A stretch of DNA of 40,221 bases, filler included, from an uncultured bacterium (lineage in GTDB: Bacteria; UBP4; UBA4092): assembly GCA_964644695.1 (NCBI GenBank). It is 4 parts of 4 records of this genome, joined end to end, with 100 filler letters (N's around TTAATTAATTAA, not from the genome) between each part and the next. Parts side by side here need not be neighbours in the genome. Positions count along the whole stretch, not along the records: positions 15,584 to 26,177 come from CAZXWN010000026.1; positions 26,278 to 35,576 come from CAZXWN010000027.1; 2 more parts are not named here. The stretch is one strand, 5' to 3'. Shown one piece after another: positions 18,129 through 27,365 of the stretch. The position numbers and the translations under genes are program-made. Under the pieces are notes generated by a model. It made no database searches and was not told the DNA's origin. It worked only from the letters and a program-made list of their open reading frames with translations. Numbering within the stretch: the stretch's first letter is position 1; the number at the start of each line of letters is the position of its first letter.

Positions 18129-18305
18129 GCCGATGATTATGCCATAGTAACCTCCTGTTAACAAGGCAAAGTCAACCCACGAAATAAAACCCGTCCCCTG
18201 CGTTTCCGCTTCTTTACAGACCCCCTCGAATATTGATACCATTACCAAATACCCGGAAATCGGATTCCAAACCGGTTTCCTGCCAGAAAGGAAGTCATTC
18301 AATCT

Positions 18306-19199
18306 ATGTTTATCAGTATGACGGGATATGGTCGGGCCTCCAAAACCCTTAAGGGGAAAGAACTGGTCCTTGAAATCAAAAGTGTGAACCACAAAGGTTG
18401 TGAAGTCAGCACTCGTACGGCTAATGAACTTTCTTCCATGGAACCACGCATCATCCAGGCCATCAAAAGCCGTGTCGAACGCGGCCGCGTAGATGTTACG
18501 GCCTACTTCATGAAAGGGAACAACACCCCGGAATCCCGTCCAGCAAGGGTCTCTTTGGAAACCATTGCTGCTTATCAGGTTGAATTTAAGAAAATCGGTA
18601 AAAAACTGAATCTGGAACCACCCACCGAATTAGAAGATTATCTGGGACTTCCCGGCGTCATTGTCCAAGAATCTGGAAATAGTCAGGAAAGCCCTGTTTC
18701 CTGGGCCGATGTTGAACCTCTGGTCAACAAAGCTCTGGATGGATTGATTGATATGCGGAAAAAGGAAGGTACCAAGCTGGGAAAAGATATCAGCGCCCGA
18801 ATCAAAAATCTTGAACAGCTTTCCAAAGACCTCCGTAAACTGGCACCTCTGGCTCAAAAAGAAAGACTTTCCGATCTCCATCGGGATTTGGAAAAACTCC
18901 TGAAAAACTCTCCGGCAAAATGTGAAACTCCCCAAGTCACATCCATTGCGGCTAATTTCCTGGAATCGACCGATGTAACAGAAGAACTCGTCCGAGTGGA
19001 AAGCCACATTGCTCAGTTCAAACAGGCCGTCAAATCAACCTCTCAACTGGGCCGTAAACTGGACTTTATCTTTCAGGAATTGTTCCGCGAGTTTAATACT
19101 ATTGGTTCAAAGACATCACACCCGGATATGGGGCAGAAAGTCGTTGAAGCCAAAACAGAACTCGATAAAATGAAACAACAAATCGCCAATATTGAATAG
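18306..19199 (+). CDS. yicC: YicC/YloC family endoribonuclease
   Basis: SMTGYGR, EIKSVNHK, RGRVDV, DVTEELVR..SHI.QF, GRKLDFIFQELFREFNTIGSK, QIANIE. Confidence 0.95.
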   Translation: MFISMTGYGRASKTLKGKELVLEIKSVNHKGCEVSTRTANELSSMEPRIIQAIKSRVERGRVDVTAYFMKGNNTPESRPARVSLETIAAYQVEFKKIGKKLNLEPPTELEDYLGLPGVIVQESGNSQESPVSWADVEPLVNKALDGLIDMRKKEGTKLGKDISARIKNLEQLSKDLRKLAPLAQKERLSDLHRDLEKLLKNSPAKCETPQVTSIAANFLESTDVTEELVRVESHIAQFKQAVKSTSQLGRKLDFIFQELFREFNTIGSKTSHPDMGQKVVEAKTELDKMKQQIANIE

Positions 19200-19266
19200 G
19201 TTTTACAGTACGGTTATAGTTAATCAATAGGCTCTATCATTTTATGAACCTGAATGAGGACTCGTT

Positions 19267-19899
19267 TTGCCGGACTCTACTAAAAAAGCTATTCAACATC
19301 TTCGTAAAAGGCCAATAGGCCTATTAGTCGTTATATCCGCTCCTTCCGGAGCAGGAAAGACAACCATAGCTCATGCAGTTATGAAACAAGTCCCGGATGT
19401 TGTCCGTTCTGTCTCTGTAACAGATAGAGACATGCGGCCCGGTGAAGAGAATGGGAAAGACTATTTCTTTGTTACCCGACCAGCCTTCAAGAAACTCTTG
19501 AGTAAAAATTACTTCCTTGAATCTGCAACAGTCCATAATAACAACTATGGAACACCCCGGAAATGGGTCGAAAAACAGGTCAAGGAAGGCAAGATTGTCG
19601 TTCTGGTGATTGATGTCCAGGGCGCTGAACAAATCAAAAAGCTCTATCCCGGATGTGTTTCCATCTTCATTCTTCCACCCTCCATGAAAGAATTGAAACA
19701 ACGATTGGTTAAACGGAATACTGAAACCCGGGAATCTCTCACGGTCCGCATCCGAAATGCCATGGTTGAATATAAGTTCGTCCATGATTATGATTATGCT
19801 GTTATCAATGACGACCTGAATGTGGCCGTCGATAAAGTCACCAGTATCCTTAATGCTGAGAAATGCAGGGTATTGAGATGGATAGAACGGAAACTCTAA
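19267..19899 (+). CDS. gmk: Guanylate kinase
   Basis: ISAPSGAGKTT P-loop, SVSVTDR.MRPGE..GKDYFFV, NNYGTP, IDVQGA, IFILPPS. TTG start after GAGGA. Confidence 0.96.
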   Translation: MPDSTKKAIQHLRKRPIGLLVVISAPSGAGKTTIAHAVMKQVPDVVRSVSVTDRDMRPGEENGKDYFFVTRPAFKKLLSKNYFLESATVHNNNYGTPRKWVEKQVKEGKIVVLVIDVQGAEQIKKLYPGCVSIFILPPSMKELKQRLVKRNTETRESLTVRIRNAMVEYKFVHDYDYAVINDDLNVAVDKVTSILNAEKCRVLRWIERKL

Positions 19900-21104
19900 A
19901 TACACACCCATGCCGATGGGAAGGTAAATTCGTTGTTCTGGGTGTAACGGGAAGCATCGCCGCTTACAAATCAGCGGAATTGGTTCGCCGCATCCAAGAT
20001 CAGGGAGCTGAAGTCCAGGTCGTTATGACCAAGACCGCCACCCGGTTAATGTCTCCCGAAACCTTGAAATACCTCTCAGGTCGGAAAGTACTGACTGAGT
20101 TAATGGAAGATGACCAGTCATGGACGATTGGGCATATTTCTCTGGCGGACAAGGCAGATGCTTATTTAGTAGCACCGGCGACCGCTAACATCATCGCCAA
20201 AATGGCGTATGGGCTGGCAGACGATTTATTATCATCAACACTGCTTGCGTCCAAGAAACCTTTAATCGTGGCTCCGGCCATGAACGATAATATGTATTCT
20301 CATCCAGCAACTCAGGAGAACCTGGAAACATTACACCGGCGAGGCACTATCATCGTAAGCCCGGGAGAGGGTTATCTGGCTTGTGGAAAAATCGGAACGG
20401 GTCGTCTGGCTGACATCCCCGATATTCTGGGAGCCTTGGATTATGTTCTTCATCCGGACAAATCACTGGCGGGAAAGAAAGTATTAGTTTCCGCAGGCCC
20501 TACTCGGGAAGCGATTGACCCGGTACGGTATCTCTCCAACCATTCTTCTGGGAAAATGGGGTACGCCATCGCTGAAGCGGCTTATAACCTGGGTGCAAAT
20601 GTGACCCTGGTATCAGGCCCTGTCTCTCTGAGGCCACCCTATGGTGTTCATACGGTCCCGGTCATCTCCGCCGCTGAAATGGCTGAGGCTCTGCTGGACC
20701 GATTCGATGATTCGGATATTGTGGTCATGGCTGCGGCAGTCGCGGATTACCGTCCATCCGAATCTTCTGCGCATAAAATAAAAAAGACCGACCAACCCCA
20801 AGATATTCCCTTGACCCCTACCCTGGATATCCTTAAGGAAATGGGCCAACGCAAATCAAGACAGGTTCTGGTCGGTTTCGCCGCTGAAACAGATAATCTC
20901 CTCCAGTATGCCCAATCCAAAATAGATGCAAAGAATCTGGATTTCATGGTTGCCAATGATGTCTCGCAACCGGGAATTGGCTTTGGAAGTGATAAGAACA
21001 CAGTCACGTTCATAACCAAGTCAGGAGTGCTGGAAACATGGGGGCCAGCCCCTAAATGGGCTGTCGCTGAGAGATTATTCCACCATTTGAATATTTTAGG
21101 GTAA
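19878..21104 (+). CDS. coaBC: Phosphopantothenoylcysteine decarboxylase/ligase CoaBC
   Basis: GVTGSIAAYK, APATANIIAK, APAMN..MY, GYLACG..G.GRL, AGPTREAIDPVRYLSNHSSGKMG, AAAVADY, GFAAET. Start could be 19863 or 19878. Confidence 0.97.
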   Translation: MDRTETLNTHPCRWEGKFVVLGVTGSIAAYKSAELVRRIQDQGAEVQVVMTKTATRLMSPETLKYLSGRKVLTELMEDDQSWTIGHISLADKADAYLVAPATANIIAKMAYGLADDLLSSTLLASKKPLIVAPAMNDNMYSHPATQENLETLHRRGTIIVSPGEGYLACGKIGTGRLADIPDILGALDYVLHPDKSLAGKKVLVSAGPTREAIDPVRYLSNHSSGKMGYAIAEAAYNLGANVTLVSGPVSLRPPYGVHTVPVISAAEMAEALLDRFDDSDIVVMAAAVADYRPSESSAHKIKKTDQPQDIPLTPTLDILKEMGQRKSRQVLVGFAAETDNLLQYAQSKIDAKNLDFMVANDVSQPGIGFGSDKNTVTFITKSGVLETWGPAPKWAVAERLFHHLNILG

Positions 21105-21177
21105 AATAAAGCCCTGTAATCAAATCACCCCCGCCGATGCCATGGGGGTTATGTTTCTCTTGAGCGAGGTACATTCG

Positions 21178-22275
21178 ATGGAATTAAATGAATTTGAATT
21201 ATTATTGAATGAGATGTTGCGTAATGGCGCATCTGATCTTCACCTGAAGACCCATTCTGTCCCATTGTTCCGTATCAACGGCAAGTTATACCAGGTAGAT
21301 TATCCGGTACTCACTCCCGAATCTACCGCTCGGCTGGCAGATCTGTTATGTAATACTCCCCGACTGAAAGCCCAGAAAAACGACAACGGGAGTGCGGACT
21401 TTGCTTACATGGTCCCCAATGTTGGCCGGTTCCGTATCAATGTCTTTCGTCAGCGTTCCGTCTATGACCTGGCCTGCCGTGCCATTAAATTGACCATCCC
21501 TACACCTGAAGAATTGAATCTGGAACCCGTCCTCTACGACTTGGCCAAAATGGAACGCGGAATGATTCTTCTGACCGGAACGGCTGGCTCAGGTAAATCC
21601 ACAACTCTGGCAGTCCTCCTGAATCTGATTAACCAAACTCGTTTTGACCATATTGTTACTATCGAAGACCCCATTGAATATATGCACCCAAACAAGAAAT
21701 CCGTTGTTTCCCAGCGTGAGGTCGGGACCGACTGCGGTTCCTTCCGAGACGCCCTGGAACATGTACTTCGTCAGGACCCTGATGTTCTGCTGGTCGGTGA
21801 AATCCGTGATGAGGAAACCATGCAGGTCTCTCTGGGTATCGGTGAAACGGGTCACTTACTCCTTTCAACCCTTCACACTTACAACTGCGCTCAGGCTGTG
21901 GACCGTATGATGGACTTTTATCCTCCCAATCTCCATCATCAGGTGCGTAAACAGATTGCAAACACCCTCCAAGCCATTGTCTGTCAACGACTGATTCCAG
22001 CCATTGGCGGGGGCCGGGTACCGGCAATGGAAATCATGGTTTGTACCGCCGCGGTCCGTAAGCTGATCAATGAAGGTAAAATCAATGAACTGCAACAGGC
22101 CATCCAGAATGGTGAAGCGGGAAACCAGACCTTCAATCAGTCTCTCGTTAAACTTTACCATGCCAAGAAGATCGATTTAGATACAGGTCTGTTATACTCT
22201 GATGACCCTGCAGGATTCCGCCGTAATATCTCCGGTGGCTATGCTGACAGTGATAAAAAAGGTATCGTGTTCTAA
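21178..22275 (+). CDS. pilT: PilT/PilU-family type IV pilus retraction ATPase
   Basis: ASDLHLK, GRFRINVF, Walker A GTAGSGKSTT, Asp box EDPIE, Walker B LRQDPDVLLVGEIRD, His box ETGHLLLSTLH. Start at MELNEF after GAGGT. Confidence 0.9.
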   Translation: MELNEFELLLNEMLRNGASDLHLKTHSVPLFRINGKLYQVDYPVLTPESTARLADLLCNTPRLKAQKNDNGSADFAYMVPNVGRFRINVFRQRSVYDLACRAIKLTIPTPEELNLEPVLYDLAKMERGMILLTGTAGSGKSTTLAVLLNLINQTRFDHIVTIEDPIEYMHPNKKSVVSQREVGTDCGSFRDALEHVLRQDPDVLLVGEIRDEETMQVSLGIGETGHLLLSTLHTYNCAQAVDRMMDFYPPNLHHQVRKQIANTLQAIVCQRLIPAIGGGRVPAMEIMVCTAAVRKLINEGKINELQQAIQNGEAGNQTFNQSLVKLYHAKKIDLDTGLLYSDDPAGFRRNISGGYADSDKKGIVF

Positions 22276-22289
22276 ATCGATAAACCATT

Positions 22290-23063
22290 ATGGCCGAACA
22301 TATCAGGGATATCCTCAAAGACTTGGTGTGCCAACTTTCCAGCCAGGTGCAATTGGATGCGGTTGTTAATGACCGTCCAGTACCTGCTGGGTTGTCACGA
22401 ACACCCCCCAAGCCCACAACGGCACGGAAACATGCCGCCACCAAGCCGGAACCCGTTCCGGTTCAAGCTGTCCCTGAAACACCTATAGATTTATCTCATC
22501 TCCCTGACAATCTGGATGACCTCAAACAAATCATCATTCCTTGTCAGAAATGCCGCCTCGCCACAACACGAACCCAGATAGTTTTTGGTGTTGGAAATCC
22601 AAAATCCTCGCTGGTTTTTGTCGGAGAGGCACCCGGTGCGGATGAAGATGCCCAGGGGGAACCTTTTGTAGGCCGGGCAGGAAAACTTCTAACCCAAATG
22701 ATTGAAGCCGAAAGGTCACTTAATCTAAAACGGGAAGAAGTCTATATTTGCAACGTCATCAAGTGCCGTCCTCCAGAGAATCGAGATCCGGCACCGGATG
22801 AAGTTGAATGTTGTGAACCATATCTCCTGCGGCAGCTCGACATCATCAAGCCCAAAGTGATATGCGCTCTGGGTAAACATGCCGCACAAACATTACTAAA
22901 AACTCAAACTCCCATCAGTCAGCTCCGGGGGCGGTGGTTTTCCTACCATGGAATACCCTTGATGCCCACTTACCATCCCGCTTATTTACTGCGGAATCAG
23001 AGTGGGAAAAAGGACTGCTGGGAAGATTTATTATTGATCAAAGAAAGACTGGATTCCTTGTAA
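22290..23063 (+). CDS. Uracil-DNA glycosylase family 4 (4Fe-4S type)
   Basis: [48 protein letters not shown]. Confidence 0.95.
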   Translation: MAEHIRDILKDLVCQLSSQVQLDAVVNDRPVPAGLSRTPPKPTTARKHAATKPEPVPVQAVPETPIDLSHLPDNLDDLKQIIIPCQKCRLATTRTQIVFGVGNPKSSLVFVGEAPGADEDAQGEPFVGRAGKLLTQMIEAERSLNLKREEVYICNVIKCRPPENRDPAPDEVECCEPYLLRQLDIIKPKVICALGKHAAQTLLKTQTPISQLRGRWFSYHGIPLMPTYHPAYLLRNQSGKKDCWEDLLLIKERLDSL

Positions 23064-23159
23064 TCCCATCAAACAAAATTAGTAAATTCGGTCGATATTG
23101 ACAGAATGGTTTATAATTTTACTAATTAATCGAATTAAAAGAAGGGCAGGAGTGTCGTA

Positions 23160-23996
23160 ATGAAGGCTAGACCAACCACTTGGATTTTATGTCTTTTCCT
23201 GATGGTACTGGGCTTGGTCCCGGTAATAGCCCAGGAAGTAATCGTGGATAATACATCCGCATCTGAAACAGCCAAATTTGAACAAATACCGCCAAACACT
23301 TGGGTTGTCAGCGAGTATGGGGAGAATTACAAGAAAACAAAGCTCTATCGAAAAAAAGGGGCCGGTGCCAATACCGCCGTATGGACCGCTCAACTCCCTA
23401 AAGGCCGTTACAATGTCCAGGCCTGGGTCAATTCCAATATGTACGCCAGTGATGCTCACTACACCGTCGTACATAGTAAGGGTACCACCCAGATAAAACG
23501 AAGCCAGCTGGCAACAGGGGGTGGCTGGTCTATTGAGTTAGGTGTTTATGAGTTTAACGGTGAATCTAAAGTCATCCTGAGTGATGACTTTTCTGGACCC
23601 GAAACCTATGTCGTAGCAGATGCCATTCGATTCACTAAAGCCGATCCTACTAAAATCGTCTGGATGTCTCATTCCATGGAAGAGGCGCTTGAACTTTCCA
23701 CTACGATGAATAAACCCATTCTTGCTTATTTCTCTACCGAAGTCAGTTCAGAATGCCAGAAATTGGAAAGTGAACCATTCCTGAATCCCACCGTAGTCAA
23801 TCTCTCCGAGAAATATTTGCCGGTGTTAATTCGTGCTGATAAAACAAATGGGAGCCTTAATACCTACGAAGTATTCCGTGTACCGACCATCATTCTCTTC
23901 ACTAAAGAAGGGACTGAAATTACACGGTTCTCTGGTTATAAATCATCTACGGAACTGGTGAAAATATTAAACGCGGGTTTGTCTAAAGCTAAATAA
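23160..23996 (+). CDS. Secreted golvesin/xanthan-lyase-CBM-like domain fused to a thioredoxin-like fold
   Basis: Signal peptide. EVIVDN...AVWT..LPKGRYNVQAW...AHYTVVH..G...GGGW..LGVYEF...VVADAIRF. Then W..SMEEAL....NKPILAYF...SSEC...VPTIILF..EG.EI.RFSGY. Confidence 0.75.
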   Translation: MKARPTTWILCLFLMVLGLVPVIAQEVIVDNTSASETAKFEQIPPNTWVVSEYGENYKKTKLYRKKGAGANTAVWTAQLPKGRYNVQAWVNSNMYASDAHYTVVHSKGTTQIKRSQLATGGGWSIELGVYEFNGESKVILSDDFSGPETYVVADAIRFTKADPTKIVWMSHSMEEALELSTTMNKPILAYFSTEVSSECQKLESEPFLNPTVVNLSEKYLPVLIRADKTNGSLNTYEVFRVPTIILFTKEGTEITRFSGYKSSTELVKILNAGLSKAK

Positions 23997-24014
23997 CCCA
24001 AAATCCTGTAACTC

Positions 24015-24055
24015 AAACACTCTGGAGCAAATCGTTCCAGAGTGTTTTTTATTTT
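24015..24055 (+). terminator. Intrinsic terminator
   Basis: aaacactctggagc/gttccagagtgttt stem followed by tttatttt. Confidence 0.85.
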
Positions 24056-24113
24056 ACTGATGGAATCCGCATCAACATTGTAATAGGAATAATCACGGAG
24101 GGAGGAAAGTTAC

Positions 24114-24452
24114 CTATTCCGATTTGGGGACATAAATCACTTCACCCGGGCGGGCGTATTTCAATTGTTTCCGGGCTAATCGCTCAATAGTTTCAGGGTC
24201 AGCAGTTTTTAAGCTGGTTTCTTCCTGCTTCAACTGAGCAATAGTTTTTTGAGTATGAAGAATCTCACGGTTCAGGTTGGACTGCCGTTCATGCAGGGTA
24301 TAGTACTCAATGACATTCTTGAGGTACATCCCGCCAAACGGCACCCCGATAAAAATCAACAACAGGATAACCAGTTTCCGATTCCACTGGATGCCTAGGG
24401 AAAAAGAAACCTTCTTCCGTTTTTTACCGAGTTTTTTACGATTATTTTTCAT
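24114..24452 (-). CDS. ftsB: Septum formation initiator (FtsB/DivIC family)
   Basis: Basic N-terminus, single TM, coiled coil, DPETIERLARKQLKYARPGEVIY. Confidence 0.85.
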   Translation of the reverse strand: MKNNRKKLGKKRKKVSFSLGIQWNRKLVILLLIFIGVPFGGMYLKNVIEYYTLHERQSNLNREILHTQKTIAQLKQEETSLKTADPETIERLARKQLKYARPGEVIYVPKSE

Positions 24453-24601
24453 TGTCCGATTCTATTTTCAGTTTCTTTGAGATGGTTGTCAATGCTTTTT
24501 ACCACAAATAAATTAAAAAGGCCTTCTCAGTAGCACGATCTCAAGAATTTATCGCTTTCTGATATAGTAATAAAAGAACCTTACCTCGAGTCAAAGGAAG
24601 G

Positions 24602-25366
24602 ATGGGCCAGGTCATGGATGAGACCAAACTGAAAGAGTTATTACAGCATGTCAAAGACGGAGATGTCTCCGTTCATGATGCTTTCCGTGAAATCAAATTT
24701 CTCCCCTATGAAGATTTGGGATTTGCCAAAGTGGACCATCACCGAAGTCTCCGACAGGGAGTTCCTGAAGTCATTTTCTGTCAGGGAAAAACTGTTGAAC
24801 AGATTGTCCAGATAACGGATCGAATCGTGGCTGCGGGCCATAATCTGCTGGCCACACGCGCCAATTTTGAGACCTTCAATGCGATTCAGAGAAAACATCC
24901 CACAGCGCAATATTTCGATATTGCCCGAATCATTACCATCCAGACAACACCCCTGAAAAAGAAACCCGGACAAATCGCTGTATTGTGTGCCGGGACCTCA
25001 GACATTCCCGTTGCGGAAGAGGCGGCGATGACTGCCGAAGCCCTGGGGAATACGATCACCCGGGTTTATGATGTCGGAGTGGCGGGGATCCATCGGTTAT
25101 TAGAACAGCAGGAACTCCTGTCCGAATCCCGGGTCATTATTGTCGTAGCCGGGATGGAGGGTGCGTTACCCTCGGTTGTGGCTGGACTGGTCAACTGTCC
25201 TGTAATTGCAGTTCCCACCAGTGTGGGGTATGGGGCCAGTTTTGGTGGACTGGCTGCCCTGTTATCCATGCTCAACAGCTGCGCGTCCGGTGTCGCCGTC
25301 GTCAATATTGATAACGGATTTGGGGCCGGTTATATGTCTCACCTGATCAATTCAAAAAACTCATAA
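24602..25366 (+). CDS. larB: Nickel-pincer cofactor biosynthesis protein LarB (CpmA-like)
   Basis: DLGFAKVDHHR..RQGVPEVIFCQGKT, AGTSDIPVAEEA, DVGVAGIHRL, AGMEGALPSV, PTSVGYGA, MLNSCASGV.VVNIDNGFGA. Confidence 0.93.
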   Translation: MGQVMDETKLKELLQHVKDGDVSVHDAFREIKFLPYEDLGFAKVDHHRSLRQGVPEVIFCQGKTVEQIVQITDRIVAAGHNLLATRANFETFNAIQRKHPTAQYFDIARIITIQTTPLKKKPGQIAVLCAGTSDIPVAEEAAMTAEALGNTITRVYDVGVAGIHRLLEQQELLSESRVIIVVAGMEGALPSVVAGLVNCPVIAVPTSVGYGASFGGLAALLSMLNSCASGVAVVNIDNGFGAGYMSHLINSKNS

Positions 25367-25378
25367 AGGAATTTGTGA

Positions 25379-26177
25379 ATGAAAGTTGCTTATCTGGACT
25401 GTTTCTCCGGTATTAGTGGAGATATGACCCTGGGAGCGGTGATGGCCGCAGGGGTTCCATTAGAAACACTGGCGGCCGAACTGGCTAAACTCAACCTGAC
25501 AGGATATGAATTGACAGCCACTCCCGTCATGAAAAAAGGGATTACGGCTATCAAGGCCGAAATTGTTGTGACTGAAAAACAAGTATTCCGGCATCTGCCA
25601 CAAATCGAGAAAATCATAAACAGCTCTACTCTGTCTGACAAAATCAAAGCAGACAGCCTCAAGGTCTTCAAACGATTGGGAGAAGCCGAAGCCAAAGTCC
25701 ATGGTATCCCCCTGGAGAAAGTCCATTTTCATGAAGTCGGTGCCATGGATTCCATCATGGATATTGTCGGCGGCGTGATTGGGCTTCATTTACTCGGCAT
25801 TGAGAAACTATATTGTTCTCCCCTGAACACCGGCAGTGGCACCGTTCAAACCGAACATGGATTACTTCCAGTCCCGGCTCCGGCCACAGTCGAATTATGT
25901 AAAAACACACCCCTTTACAGTAACGGTGTCGAAAAAGAACTGGTCACTCCCACGGGAGCCGCCCTGGTAACGACACTGGCTGAATCTTTCGGACCGCTAC
26001 CGCCGATGACTATTACAACCGTCGGATATGGAGCTGGAGGGGCGGATCTTCCTACTCAGGCCAATGTCCTCCGTTTGATTATCGGTGAAGAGGCGGCAGG
26101 CAAGAAAACCGATACCGTCACCCTTCTGGAAACCAATCTGGATGATGTGAACCCCCAGACTTATGACCTGGTGATGG
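25379..26177 (+). CDS. larC: Nickel-pincer cofactor biosynthesis protein LarC (partial, truncated by gap)
   Basis: YLDCFSGISGDMTLGA, AEAKVHG...VHFHEVGAMDSI.DI, HGLLPVPAPAT, ELVTPTGAA, LETNLDD. Confidence 0.93.
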
Positions 26178-26277
26178 NNNNNNNNNNNNNNNNNNNNNNN
26201 NNNNNNNNNNNNNNNNNNNNNTTAATTAATTAANNNNNNNNNNNNNNNNNNNNNNNNNNNNNNNNNNNNNNNNNNNN
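26178..26277. other. Assembly gap/linker
   Basis: N44-TTAATTAATTAA-N44. Genes on both sides are truncated. Confidence 0.97.
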
Positions 26278-26600
26278 GTGATAGGCTGTCCTACACACTT
26301 CTGGAGGAGTTTGTATTTCCCGACCAGGTCATAATCATAGTTTTGCTCTAATACGCGGGTTCCGTTCGGGTCAGTGAGGCTTTTGAAGTGGACCGAGGTC
26401 GGGTCTATCTGGGTGGGGATATTTTCAAAGGGCACTTTGCTTATCCCGACGGTCACTTCCATGGGTTGGACCTGTCGCACCAGGGCCATTCCCTGGTTAT
26501 AGACAGTCATTTCTGTTTGGCCCGGTGAGGCGGCCAGGGTGGCAGACATAAACGCCAGAAATACCAGCCCTCCCAACAGGGTGGATCGAATTGGTTGCAT
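26278..26600 (-). CDS. DUF4139/DUF4140-type secreted protein, N-terminal fragment
   Basis: Signal peptide, MTVYNQGMALVRQ, IDPTSVHFKSL, VLEQNYDYDL....LLQK.VG. AAGGAG RBS. Confidence 0.8.
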
Positions 26601-26671
26601 TATTTGTCGCTCTCCTTTAATGAGTGAGACATCACAGAATGAGGAGAAATCCCATACCCTCGTTCTTTTTA

Positions 26672-26700
26672 ACCATACAAAGAAGTATACCTGATGTCAA
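26672..26700 (-). promoter_or_regulatory. Sigma70 promoter of DUF4139-type gene
   Basis: TTGACA-N17-TATGGT on the minus strand. Confidence 0.55.
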
Positions 26701-26783
26701 TTAGACAGGTTGACATGGGGTAATTTATGAAAATTGGGGCGGTAATGGATTGAAACAGAGGGATATCCGGTTAGAAATGAAGA

Positions 26784-26858
26784 TGGAGCGGGAAACGGGG
26801 ATCGAACCCGTGACATTCAGCTTGGGAAGCTGACGTTCTACCGCTGAACTATTCCCGC
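26784..26858 (-). tRNA. tRNA-Gly(CCC)
   Basis: GCGGGAATAGTTCAGCGGTAGAACGTCAGCTTCCCAAGCTGAATGTCACGGGTTCGATCCCCGTTTCCCGCTCCA. Cloverleaf, anticodon CCC, encoded CCA. Confidence 0.97.
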
Positions 26859-26899
26859 CCCAGACAATCGCTGGTATTTGAACCAGTTGGGTACCGTTC

Positions 26900-26928
26900 A
26901 TTTTATCATTGTCCCCGGATAGGGTCAA
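26900..26928 (-). promoter_or_regulatory. tRNA promoter
   Basis: TTGACC-N17-TAAAAT with TGn extension on the minus strand. Confidence 0.65.
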
Positions 26929-26959
26929 TTTGGGGTGGTGTTTTTGTGGAGAATTAAAC

Positions 26960-26991
26960 AAAAAGGCCGTCCCTCCGAAGAGGAACGGCCT
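26960..26991 (-). terminator. Intrinsic terminator with cUUCGg tetraloop
   Basis: Minus strand aggccgttcctc-ttcg-gagggacggcc-ttttt after the stop at 27016. Confidence 0.85.
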
Positions 26992-27015
26992 GAAAGAATT
27001 CGTCGAAAATAAGAG

Positions 27016-27264
27016 TTACTTCTGTTGTTCCTGAGCCTGGATTTTCTGGAAGGTGGCACTGAGGTCGTCCTGAGTAATAACGCCTTTTTCCAGGAGGGTC
27101 TGCATCAGAAGATACAGATTGAAGTTGTTTTCCATGACTACGTGAGTCAGTTGATCTGTGGTGGGTTCACCACCGCAGCAGCCATCGCCACAACCTTCGT
27201 CGCCACATTTGCCTTCATCACAGCAACCGCCATTGGGATTGATGATGTATTTATCGTCAGACAT
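27016..27264 (-). CDS. Small acidic Cys/Gly-rich hypothetical protein
   Basis: AGGAG RBS, own terminator, GGCCDEGKCGDEGCGDGCCGG, then helical LMQTLLEKGVITQDDL. Confidence 0.75.
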   Translation of the reverse strand: MSDDKYIINPNGGCCDEGKCGDEGCGDGCCGGEPTTDQLTHVVMENNFNLYLLMQTLLEKGVITQDDLSATFQKIQAQEQQK

Positions 27265-27365
27265 AAAAGTCTCCTTGTAGGTTTCCCCGCCTGGCGGGGC
27301 TAGAATATGTCTCTCTATTATATCACTTGCCTAAAAATGCCCCCGTTTTGGTGATTACATGTTAA

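Noticed and set aside
18129-18392. 88-aa N-terminal extension of the DUF2339-like ORF
   Set aside because: It overlaps the start of yicC on the opposite strand, and the protein-like coiled coil begins at MSPDQ.
19324-19911. 195-aa antisense ORF over gmk (likewise 29806-30426 and 33092-33658)
   Set aside because: These lie almost entirely within well-supported conserved genes and have no independent coding signal.
21126-21150. accccc...gggggt hairpin between coaBC and pilT as a terminator
   Set aside because: Short stem, large loop and weak U-tract. Not enough support.
26725-26961. 78-aa ORF on the minus strand
   Set aside because: It is a read-through of the tRNA-Gly gene and its promoter.
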